From positions 76,957 through 140,956 of the forward strand of contig JALUTT010000056.1 in assembly GCA_027021705.1 (NCBI GenBank): a stretch of DNA of 64,000 nucleotides. The letters run 5' to 3'. The notes under the pieces were generated by a model. That model was not told the origin of the DNA and did no database searches. It saw only the letters and a program-made list of their open reading frames with translations. Source of the DNA: Anaerolineae bacterium. Its GTDB lineage: Bacteria; Chloroflexota; Anaerolineae; S140-20. Both the position numbers and the translations under genes were made by a program. Of this stretch, positions 56,188-64,000 are shown one piece after another (the stretch's first letter is position 1; each line of letters opens with the position of its first letter).

Positions 56188-59100
56188 CGCAGCACCAGGG
56201 GCAGGTGGACGGTGTAGAACTCGAAGAACTCGTGGGCACCCCGGTCGTACCCCCCGCCCTGGGGCCGGGGCACCCCCCAGATGTCCTCGGCCGGGGCTCC
56301 CTCCGGCGTCGCGCTGTCCACGGCCGGGGAGTCCTCCCGCAGCCGGTAGACGCGGCTCGCCGGGGCCTGGAAGAGGGGATCGTCGGTCAGGTTCCCCTCC
56401 CCCGGCCGCGCCTCCTGGACGATGGAGTAGGTGACGGTGATGGCCGCGCCGTGGGCCAGGTCCAGTTCGATGTCGCGGACCTGGTTGCCCCACAGGATGG
56501 AGTTGACGACGGTCGCCAGCCCCGCCCCCTCCCCCGTGTGGTCCTCGTAGAGCCAGAGGCCGTACTGGTTGTCGGCCAGCGTGTTGTTCACCAGGCGGGA
56601 GACGGCGCTGTCCTTGACGGCGACGCCGATCTCGGTGGCGTAGATCAGGTTGTTCACCAGCGTCGTCGTCGAGGGCCAGCCGATGGAGATCCCTTTGTTG
56701 CCGCAGTCGTGGAGCTCGTTGCGCTCGATGACCGCCGAGGCGTGGTTCAGGTCCAGGCAGTCGTCCAGGATGTTGTAGACCTCGTTGTCCAGCACCACGG
56801 CCGGCGTCACCATATCGCTCAGCTCGATCCCGTCGGGGGGCGGGAAGCCCCGCATCGCGTCGTGGATCACGTTGCCCTGGATGTAGGCGTAGCCGCCGGT
56901 GGCGTGGACGGGGTCGCTCTCGATGTCGTAGATCTCGTTGCGCAGCAAGTAGAGGGTCGAGCCGTAGTCGGCGATGACGGCGTTGCTGTCCTGGGTGTGG
57001 CGGATCACGCTGTCGGCGATGGTGATCCGGGCGTTGTAGGCGGAGACGCCGTGGGTGCGCGGGGCGGCGATCACCTCTTTCGTGTACTCGATGACGGCGT
57101 GCCGGATGCGGTTGTCCGCCGGGCTGTTGTAGAGCAGGATGCCGCCCCAGTAGTCCGCCCCCTGCCGGGTGAAGTAGATGGGCTGCTCCGCCGTCCCCTC
57201 GGCCAGCAGCCGCCCGCCCTCCACCCGGAGCACCCGATCGGCCCCGAACTGGAGGGTGACGCCGGGCTCGATGGTCAGCGTGACGCCGGCCGGCACCAGG
57301 ATGTCCTGGTTGATGACGTAGGGGCGGGCGCTGGTCCAGAGCCGGGTGTCCTGGGTCAGCGTGCCGCCTTGGAAGTAGTCCCAGTAGACGGTGATGGCCC
57401 GGCTCTCCAGCCCGTCGCTGATGACGAAGCGGTTATCCCGGGTCCAGAGGGTGGCCGTGTAGCGCCAGGTCGTCGGCGTGGGGTACTCGATGCCCGTGGT
57501 GCTGCCGTTGATGGAAAGGTCGCGCAGGGGCGAGCAGGTCCCCTCCAGTGTCACCGTGGGCACCGTGGTGACGAAGTCGGCCCCGCCGTTGGTGGTGATG
57601 GAGAGGGGGGTGTCGGGGATCTGCGCCCAGAGCGACGGGATGCGGGCGGCGATGAAGGACTTGATCGCCTGGCGCTCCTCGTTGCCCACGACGGCGGGCA
57701 GCGCGTCCACCTGGGGGTAGAGGGCCTCGGTGGTGAAGGCCATCTCCAGGACCTGGGCGATCTCCTGGTAGTACCAGCGGGCGAAGGTGGGGTGGTGCAG
57801 GATGCGCTGCACGATGGGCAGGTTGGACTCCCAGATGGAGTGGTCGGCGTACATAAAGGTGGTGTCGTGGTCCCAGGAGATGAGGATGAAGCGGTCGTCG
57901 GAAGGGCGGTGGTAGAGGAAGTAGTCGTCCCCCTGGCCTACCCAGAGGGCGCCCTCGTGGTTGTCCAGCACCGCTTGGAGGGCGAACCAGCGCAGCCACT
58001 GGCGCATATCGGCCACCGCCTCCGCCTGGGCCTGGAACTGCTCGTCGGGGGCGTTGGTGAGGGCGTAGGTCAGGCTGATAACGTCGGTGTAGTCGTCGGC
58101 CGCCTCGTTGTTCCGCTTCAGGTAGTAGGGCCGGTAGCTGTTAGGGTCCGTCCCCCGGTAGCTCAGGTCGGCCCCATCCTGCCCCCGGTAGAGGTTGCCC
58201 GTGTCGTCGCCGGGGAAGTGGGATCGTAGGAAGTCGTTGTCCACCTCCTCGATGTCCAGGTAGTCCCCCTCCCAGTAGCCGTTGATGTAGAGGGTGACGA
58301 AGCGGACGTTGGAGGCGGGCAGCCCCAACTGGTGGAAGAGGCCGTAGGTCATCGCCTCCCGCCCCAGGTTGTCGCTGACCAGGTTGAGCCGCTCTCGGCT
58401 CTCAAACTCCTGGGCGTCGCGAAACTTGATGCGGTAGGGGCGGGGCCAGACGTCGCGGGTGCTCTCCCCCCGGTAGCGGACGCCGACGTTGTAGTAGACG
58501 GTCCCTTGGTAGACGAAGGTGGCGTCCAGCAGGACGTTGGAGTAGAGGTCCCGCCGGGCCAACTCCGTCCGGTTCTCGTCGGTCATCAGGAGCCGGTAGA
58601 GGGGGAGGTCGCTGCTGGGCGGGGTGTCCTCGACCAGGTAGAGGTAGCTGACGGTGACGGGCAGGCCCGTCTCGCCGGAGGTGCCCCCCGGCGCGCCCTC
58701 GGGCACGGTCTGGGTCGCCCCTTCGTCGTCGGTGGCGGTGACGTAGAACTCGACGTAGCGGCCGGCCGGCTGCGGCGGGATGAGGGCGGTGTAGAGGCCG
58801 TCGTTGGCCTGCGCGTCGGCCCCGCTGCCGTCGTCCACCATCGTCAGGGTGGTGTAGGCGGTCTCTCCTTGGGGGCGGTAGTGGAGGGTCACGGTGGTGA
58901 CGGCGCGGTTGTCATCCACCAGGGCGGTGACGGTCACCCCCTGGCCGGAGGTGGGGAAGGTGGGGGCGTGGGCCACGTCGGTGACGCAGGGGGGCACGTT
59001 GCCCGAGGCGTAGGCGCTGTTCTGGGCGCCGGGGGTGCCCAGGCCGCTGCTGGCAGCCCAGGAGCAGGGGCGGTCATTGTCGAAGGCGGGGTTGATCAGC

Positions 59101-59618
59101 TCCAGGGAGGGGCCGTTCCCGTCCGGCTCCTCGGGCCAGGGGTGGTGGTCGTCGTAGCTGACCTCGTCCACCAGGGTGCCCAGGCTGTCGGCCAGGGCCA
59201 CCCGCTCCCCGCCGTTGGAGAGCTTGCCGGAGGCGAAGGGGCCGAGGACGTCGCTGATGCCGTAGGTGGCTTCGACGGTGGCCGGGTCGTGGCCGACGAC
59301 CAGGTAGCCGCCGGGGGAGATGACGGTGCCGGCGGTGAAGGTGTAGACGATCCCGTCCACGAAGGCCCAGCCGGAGAGGTCCACGGGGGTGCTGCCGGCG
59401 TTGTAGAGCTCGATGTACTCCTCGCCGGCGTCGCCGGAACGGGGATTGTACTGGATCTCGTTGATGACGATGGCGGGGACGATCTGGGCTGCAGCCCGGC
59501 GGCCGGCCACCAGCGCGGCCCAGACCAGCAGCAGGAGCACGCCGGACAGCAGGACCACCCAGCCCAAGCCTCCGTACCGGCCTTTTCCCTTTCCCCGTCC
59601 GCTTTTGGCTTCGCCCAT
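56184..59618 (-). CDS. Secreted lamin-tail + CotH-kinase + right-handed beta-helix protein
   Basis: VINEIQYNP..EYIELYN (LTD); VRYRGES, WD.D (CotH); beta-helix repeats; DRGAHE (choice-of-anchor Q-like); C-terminal HLPLVLR. Confidence 0.85.
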   Translation of the reverse strand: MGEAKSGRGKGKGRYGGLGWVVLLSGVLLLLVWAALVAGRRAAAQIVPAIVINEIQYNPRSGDAGEEYIELYNAGSTPVDLSGWAFVDGIVYTFTAGTVISPGGYLVVGHDPATVEATYGISDVLGPFASGKLSNGGERVALADSLGTLVDEVSYDDHHPWPEEPDGNGPSLELINPAFDNDRPCSWAASSGLGTPGAQNSAYASGNVPPCVTDVAHAPTFPTSGQGVTVTALVDDNRAVTTVTLHYRPQGETAYTTLTMVDDGSGADAQANDGLYTALIPPQPAGRYVEFYVTATDDEGATQTVPEGAPGGTSGETGLPVTVSYLYLVEDTPPSSDLPLYRLLMTDENRTELARRDLYSNVLLDATFVYQGTVYYNVGVRYRGESTRDVWPRPYRIKFRDAQEFESRERLNLVSDNLGREAMTYGLFHQLGLPASNVRFVTLYINGYWEGDYLDIEEVDNDFLRSHFPGDDTGNLYRGQDGADLSYRGTDPNSYRPYYLKRNNEAADDYTDVISLTYALTNAPDEQFQAQAEAVADMRQWLRWFALQAVLDNHEGALWVGQGDDYFLYHRPSDDRFILISWDHDTTFMYADHSIWESNLPIVQRILHHPTFARWYYQEIAQVLEMAFTTEALYPQVDALPAVVGNEERQAIKSFIAARIPSLWAQIPDTPLSITTNGGADFVTTVPTVTLEGTCSPLRDLSINGSTTGIEYPTPTTWRYTATLWTRDNRFVISDGLESRAITVYWDYFQGGTLTQDTRLWTSARPYVINQDILVPAGVTLTIEPGVTLQFGADRVLRVEGGRLLAEGTAEQPIYFTRQGADYWGGILLYNSPADNRIRHAVIEYTKEVIAAPRTHGVSAYNARITIADSVIRHTQDSNAVIADYGSTLYLLRNEIYDIESDPVHATGGYAYIQGNVIHDAMRGFPPPDGIELSDMVTPAVVLDNEVYNILDDCLDLNHASAVIERNELHDCGNKGISIGWPSTTTLVNNLIYATEIGVAVKDSAVSRLVNNTLADNQYGLWLYEDHTGEGAGLATVVNSILWGNQVRDIELDLAHGAAITVTYSIVQEARPGEGNLTDDPLFQAPASRVYRLREDSPAVDSATPEGAPAEDIWGVPRPQGGGYDRGAHEFFEFYTVHLPLVLR

Positions 59619-59802
59619 GGCTCACCATCCCCCCATATTGTCGCCGATTTTCCCCCGCTCGTCAAGGGGGAGAGGGGGACAACAGAGGCTCATCAATGCT
59701 GCGGTTCAAGCGTTGATAAGCCCTGAAGCACAACTTGTAACGGATTTCTAACCCACCGCTGACAGGGCCTTAACTTTTCTGCCGTAGTATCATCGGTGGC
59801 AT

Positions 59803-59831
59803 TTGACAGGTTGCCCCTTCCGGATTAGAAT
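59803..59831 (+). promoter_or_regulatory. Predicted sigma70 promoter of the sat operon
   Basis: TTGACA-17 bp-TAGAAT. Confidence 0.75.
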
Positions 59832-59909
59832 TGAGGGTGTTGCATCGCCGTTCGTCGCGATGCGCTTTTTGTGTGGGTGGTTGAGTCGTCGGGCCGCCAG
59901 GCCGTCTAA

Positions 59910-59977
59910 CGGACCACGTGATCAAGCGACCACCCGACCACCCGACCACGTGACCAAGCGACCAAACCGACCAAGCG
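59910..59977. repeat. Degenerate ~8-bp tandem repeats (GACCA-NNN) in the sat leader
   Basis: GACCACGT GATCAAGC GACCACCC GACCACCC GACCACGT GACCAAGC GACCAAACC GACCAAGC. Confidence 0.75.
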
Positions 59978-59986
59978 AGGTGCATT

Positions 59987-61171
59987 GTGTCTCCGAGGAA
60001 GAAGAGCTACGTTGGTCCGATCGCCCCCCACGGCGGTATCCTGATAGATCGCGTGTTGCGCGGTGAGATGGGCGCGGCCGTCCGTGAGCGTGCCCAGACC
60101 CTCTTCAAGGTCCCTCTCAACGCGATGGGGCTCTCCGACCTGGAGTTGATCGCCACGGGGGCCTTCAGTCCCCTGAACGGCTTTATGACCCGCGACGACT
60201 ACGAATCGGTGGTCAGCGAGATGCGGCTGGCCAACGGCCTGGTCTGGTCCCTCCCCATCACGCTGGCGGTGGATGACGAGACCGCGGCTCAGATCAGGGA
60301 GGGGCAGGAGATCGCCCTGACCGAAGGGGACCGGGTGCTGGCGGTGATGGAAGTCCAGGAAAAGTTCCCCTACGACAAGCGCCGAGAGGCCCGCGAGGTC
60401 TACCGGACGGAGGAAGAGGCCCATCCCGGCGTGGCCCGCCTCTACCGCCAGGGGAACACGCTGCTGGGTGGCCCCATCTGGCTGGTGGACTGGCCTACAG
60501 CGACGACGACCCAGTTCCCGAAGCTGCGCCACACGCCGGCCCAGACCCGCCGGATGTTCGCCGCCCGGGGCTGGCGGCGGGTCGTCGGCTTCCAGACCCG
60601 CAACCCCATCCACCGGGCCCACGAGTACATCCAGAAGACGGCACTGGAGATCGTGGATGGCCTCTTCGTCCACCCCCTGGTGGGCGAGCGGAAATCGGAC
60701 GATATCCCGGCCGAGGTGCTCATCGCCAGCTACGAGGCGATCTTGCGGGACTACTACCCGCCGGACCGGGTGCTCCTGGGCGTCTTCCCGGCCGCGATGC
60801 GCTACGCCGGTCCCCGCGAAGCGGTCTTCCACGCTTTGGTGCGCAAGAACTACGGCTGCACCCACTTCATCGTAGGACGGGACCACGCCGGGGTGAAGGG
60901 GTACTACGGCACCTACGATGCCCAGTACATCTTCGACGAGTTTGAGCCGGGGGAGTTGGGCGTCACCCCGCTCTTCTTCGAGCACGCTTTCTACTGCCGC
61001 AAGTGCGGGGCCGTCGTCACCGCCAAGACCTGCCCTCACAGCAAAGAGGATTGGATCTTCCTGAGCGGGACCCAAGTGCGGGAGATGCTAGCTCGGGGTG
61101 AGATGTTGCCCGAGGAGTTCACCCGCCCCGAGGTCTCCCGGGTGCTGTTGGAGGGGCTAAGGAAGGGATAG
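59987..61171 (+). CDS. sat: Sulfate adenylyltransferase
   Basis: [48 protein letters not shown]...CPH. Confidence 0.97.
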   Translation: MSPRKKSYVGPIAPHGGILIDRVLRGEMGAAVRERAQTLFKVPLNAMGLSDLELIATGAFSPLNGFMTRDDYESVVSEMRLANGLVWSLPITLAVDDETAAQIREGQEIALTEGDRVLAVMEVQEKFPYDKRREAREVYRTEEEAHPGVARLYRQGNTLLGGPIWLVDWPTATTTQFPKLRHTPAQTRRMFAARGWRRVVGFQTRNPIHRAHEYIQKTALEIVDGLFVHPLVGERKSDDIPAEVLIASYEAILRDYYPPDRVLLGVFPAAMRYAGPREAVFHALVRKNYGCTHFIVGRDHAGVKGYYGTYDAQYIFDEFEPGELGVTPLFFEHAFYCRKCGAVVTAKTCPHSKEDWIFLSGTQVREMLARGEMLPEEFTRPEVSRVLLEGLRKG

Positions 61172-61219
61172 ACTCGCCGAGCCAAGTTGGACTTTTGGAC
61201 TTCTGGGAAGGAGCGGGCG

Positions 61220-62641
61220 ATGTTTGGTTTCTTGAGACGCAAGCGTGAGCGGAAGGTGTTCGTCATCGGGTTGGACTGCGCAGAGCCCAGTCTGCTCTTT
61301 AACGGTTGGCTGAACGACCTTCCCCACTTCCGACAACTGATCCAGCGGGGGGCCTACGGCAAGCTGACCAGCTCCATCCCCTGCATCACCGTGCCGGCCT
61401 GGAGTTCGATGCTGGCCAGCAAGGACCCGGGGACGCTGGGCTTCTACGGCTTCCGCAACCGGGCGGATTACAGCTACGAGAACATGACCATCGCTACGGG
61501 CAACGCCGTCAAGGAGCGCCGCGTCTGGGAGATCCTGGGCGACGCAGGCAAGCAGGTGATCGTCGTCGGCGTGCCTCAGACCTATCCGGTGAAGCCGGTC
61601 AACGGCTACCTGATCAGCAGCTTCCTCACCCCCAGCACCCAGCGCCAGTACACTTGGCCCAACGAACTGCGCTACGAGATAGACCGGGTGCTGGAGGGCC
61701 GCCCCTACGACGTGGATGTACCCCAATTCCGCACCGAGGACAAGGACCACCTGCTGAAGCAGATCTACGAGATGACGGAGAAGCGGTTCAAGGTCCTCAA
61801 CTACCTGGTGCGGGAGAAGCCGTGGGACTTCTTCATCTTCGTGGAGATGGGGGTGGACCGTATCCACCACGGCCTCTGGAAGTACCACGACCCGTCCCAT
61901 CCCAAGTACGAGCCGGGAAACCCCTACGAGAACGCCATCCACGACTACTACGTCTACATTGACCAAGAGATCGGGAAGCTGCTGGAGGCTCTGGACGACG
62001 ACACCGTCGTGCTGGTCGTCTCCGACCACGGGGCCAAGAAGATGGACGGCGGCATCTGCATCAACGAGTGGCTGCGGCGTGAGGGCTACCTGGTGCTGAA
62101 GGAGGAGCCGCGTGAGCCGGGCTTGGTCCCCTTCGAGAAGCTGGAGGTGGACTGGGAGAAGACGAGGGCCTGGGGGGCCGGCGGCTACTACGGGCGCATC
62201 TTCCTGAACGTCCAGGGGCGGGAGCCCCAGGGGGTGATCCCCGCCGGCCAGTACGAGCAGTTCCGAGACGAACTGGCGGAGCGGATTCGGGCCATCCCCG
62301 GCCCCAACGGCGAGGAGATCGGCACGGTGGTCTACAAGCCCCAGGAGATCTACCACACCGTGCGCAACGTCGCCCCGGACCTGATCGTCTACTTCGGCGA
62401 CCTGCACTGGCGCTCGGTGGGGAGCCTGGGCCACGGGGACATCTACACCTTCGAGAACGACACCGGGCCGGACGATGCCAACCACGCCCAAGATGGCCTC
62501 TTCATCCTGTACGATCCCCGGCACAACCACGGCGGACGGGAGGTGCACGGGGCCCAACTGATGGACATCGCCCCCACCGTCCTGAAGCTGATGGGCGTGC
62601 CCATCCCGCCCGACATGCAGGGAAAGGTGATCGAGGTGTAA
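61220..62641 (+). CDS. Alkaline-phosphatase-superfamily (nucleotide pyrophosphatase/phosphodiesterase-like) protein
   Basis: IGLDC, SSIPCITVPAW, GVP.TYP, DRIHH, VVSDHG, NHAQDG, DIAPT. Confidence 0.88.
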   Translation: MFGFLRRKRERKVFVIGLDCAEPSLLFNGWLNDLPHFRQLIQRGAYGKLTSSIPCITVPAWSSMLASKDPGTLGFYGFRNRADYSYENMTIATGNAVKERRVWEILGDAGKQVIVVGVPQTYPVKPVNGYLISSFLTPSTQRQYTWPNELRYEIDRVLEGRPYDVDVPQFRTEDKDHLLKQIYEMTEKRFKVLNYLVREKPWDFFIFVEMGVDRIHHGLWKYHDPSHPKYEPGNPYENAIHDYYVYIDQEIGKLLEALDDDTVVLVVSDHGAKKMDGGICINEWLRREGYLVLKEEPREPGLVPFEKLEVDWEKTRAWGAGGYYGRIFLNVQGREPQGVIPAGQYEQFRDELAERIRAIPGPNGEEIGTVVYKPQEIYHTVRNVAPDLIVYFGDLHWRSVGSLGHGDIYTFENDTGPDDANHAQDGLFILYDPRHNHGGREVHGAQLMDIAPTVLKLMGVPIPPDMQGKVIEV

Positions 62642-62731
62642 GGCGGTGGGGCAGGGAGGCACCGGGGCGATGAGGCAACGAGTGAACAAGGCCCCGGTCC
62701 GCGGTCCGCGGTCGGTAACAAGGAGGATGGT

Positions 62732-63313
62732 ATGACGTTTGTGGACTCTTCGACGAATCGCCTGGTCTGGGATGGGGAGGGGTTCACCCTCTGGTTCACC
62801 GGCCTCTCAGGGGCCGGCAAGACGACCATCGCCAAGCTGGTGGAGCAAGAGCTTCGGGCGCGGGGGATGAAGGTGGAACGGCTGGACGGCGACATCGTCC
62901 GCCAGGGGTTGACCCGAGACCTGGGCTTCACCAAAGAGGACCGGGACAAGAACATCGAGCGGGTAACCTTCGTGGCCAAACTCCTCTCCCGCAACGGCAT
63001 CGCGGTGCTCTGTTCCTTCATCTCACCCTACCGGGCGACGCGCCAGCGGGTGCGGGAGGAGGTCACCAACTTCATCGAGGTCTTCGTGGACGTGCCGCTG
63101 GAGGTGGCCATCGAACGGGACGTGAAGGGGCTCTACAAGAAGGCGCTGGCCGGTGAGATAGACAACTTCACCGGCATCTCGGATCCCTACGAGCCGCCGG
63201 AGAACCCGGAGATCTGGATCCGCACCCACGAGGAGACGCCGGAGGAGAGCGCCGCCCGGGTCATCGCCTACCTGGAAGAGCACGGCTACGTCCCGGCGCG
63301 GGTCCCGGTCTGA
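62732..63313 (+). CDS. cysC: Adenylyl-sulfate kinase
   Basis: WFTGLSGAGKTT, LDGD.VR, DLGF, ISPY, RDVKGLY, FTGISDPYEPP. Confidence 0.97.
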   Translation: MTFVDSSTNRLVWDGEGFTLWFTGLSGAGKTTIAKLVEQELRARGMKVERLDGDIVRQGLTRDLGFTKEDRDKNIERVTFVAKLLSRNGIAVLCSFISPYRATRQRVREEVTNFIEVFVDVPLEVAIERDVKGLYKKALAGEIDNFTGISDPYEPPENPEIWIRTHEETPEESAARVIAYLEEHGYVPARVPV

Positions 63314-63347
63314 GATCGCTCCTCCCCTAATCCACCTTCATCCCAGA

Positions 63348-63384
63348 GGGGCCGGCTTCTGCGAAGCCGGCCCCGTCGCTTTTC
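63348..63384 (+). terminator. Hairpin terminator after cysC
   Basis: GGGGCCGGCTTC-TGC-GAAGCCGGCCCC followed by GTCGCTTTT. Confidence 0.65.
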
Positions 63385-63414
63385 CCCACCGGGGGGCCTA
63401 CCAGTTCGGGGACC

Positions 63415-63543
63415 GGTGATTACCCATATCTTTGGAGGTAGGGAGACTAGTGGTTTGTCAACCGATATTTTGTGGGCGCGAAACAGCCTTATAGGAAGGT
63501 GCTCACACCCACAAATTCAGGGTTGACGGCCCACTAGCCGTCC
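63415..63543. mobile_element. Truncated MITE A end interrupted at CTAG by a ~90-bp inverted-repeat element (family C, 63447-63537)
   Basis: GGTGATTACCCATATCTTTGGAGGTAGGGAGA-CTAG-[TGGTTTGTCAACC...GGTTGACGGCCCA]-CTAG-CCGTCC. Confidence 0.8.
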
Positions 63544-63865
63544 CGACCTGGCCCAATTCAAGGTGATGTTGGGGGCCTTGGACCCGCTGGGGATGCCGAT
63601 TGCCACGTTGGTGGTGGCGGGCAATGAGGCGGATGATGGGTTGTACCCGCCGGCCATCGAGCGGTCGCGCCCGGTAGTGGGGCAAGGCGACCGGTTGTAC
63701 ATCGGGGACAGCAAGATGGGGGCACCGGCCACGCGGGCCTTTCTCCAGGCCGGTGGAGACGCCTACCTGGCGCCGTTGGCCCAAACGGGGAAAGTGCTCG
63801 AGTGGCTGACAAGATTGCTGGAGCCGGTGTGGGCCGTGGAACGACGCCCCATCCGCAAATATTGA
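63539..63865 (+). pseudogene. IS1634-like transposase internal fragment
   Basis: RPDLAQFKVMLGALDPLGMP...GNEADDGLY...LYIGDSKM...YLAPL; both ends missing. Confidence 0.75.
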
Positions 63866-63971
63866 AGCCAAGCCCGCGAGCGTATCGAGTTGGGGACCTA
63901 CAGGTAGCCGAAATGGGCTCTGGGCTTCGTAAAATGGTCGAAAAAGGGGGGGGAGCTTGCCCATAATGAAT

Positions 63972-64000
63972 TTGAGCCAACCCGCGAAATAGGGTACAAT
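63972..64000 (+). promoter_or_regulatory. Possible sigma70 promoter at the window edge
   Basis: TTGAGC-17 bp-TACAAT; the downstream gene is outside the window. Confidence 0.4.

Noticed and set aside
59987..63313. Dissimilatory sulfate reduction (sat with hdrA read as qmo)
   Set aside because: No aprAB, qmoBC or dsr genes in the window, and sat is linked to APS kinase, which points to PAPS synthesis.

Overview
High-GC bacterial DNA, most likely Chloroflexota (Anaerolineae-like). This is inferred from gene content, the C-terminal Y/H-L-P-x-V motifs and the intergenic repeat style. The window holds about 45 genes. Main blocks: cell-surface and secreted proteins (two GT-C-type membrane proteins, a GH-A/CARDB protein, a BNR-propeller lipoprotein, a large zincin-VWA protein, a CotH-kinase protein); modABC; an ABC-2 exporter behind an apparent leader-peptide attenuator; an acyl-CoA ligase; a two-component system followed by a selenocysteine formate dehydrogenase operon (fdnGHI-fdhE-fdhD); a converging hdrD-like/etfBA/fadF-like/hdrA/2x cNMP operon; a lower-GC 1444-aa sacsin-like ATPase/DUF3883 gene; and sat-AlkP-cysC. 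The strongest non-coding signal is a ~153-bp MITE with GGTGATTACCC terminal inverted repeats. Six copies each lie 11-13 bp upstream of the -35 position of a predicted sigma70 promoter, all in the same orientation. Also present are a 4x81-bp REP-doublet array, two further small inverted-repeat element types and an IS1634-like remnant. No rRNA, tRNA or CRISPR array was seen. All family calls come from motif recognition by eye, not from database searches.
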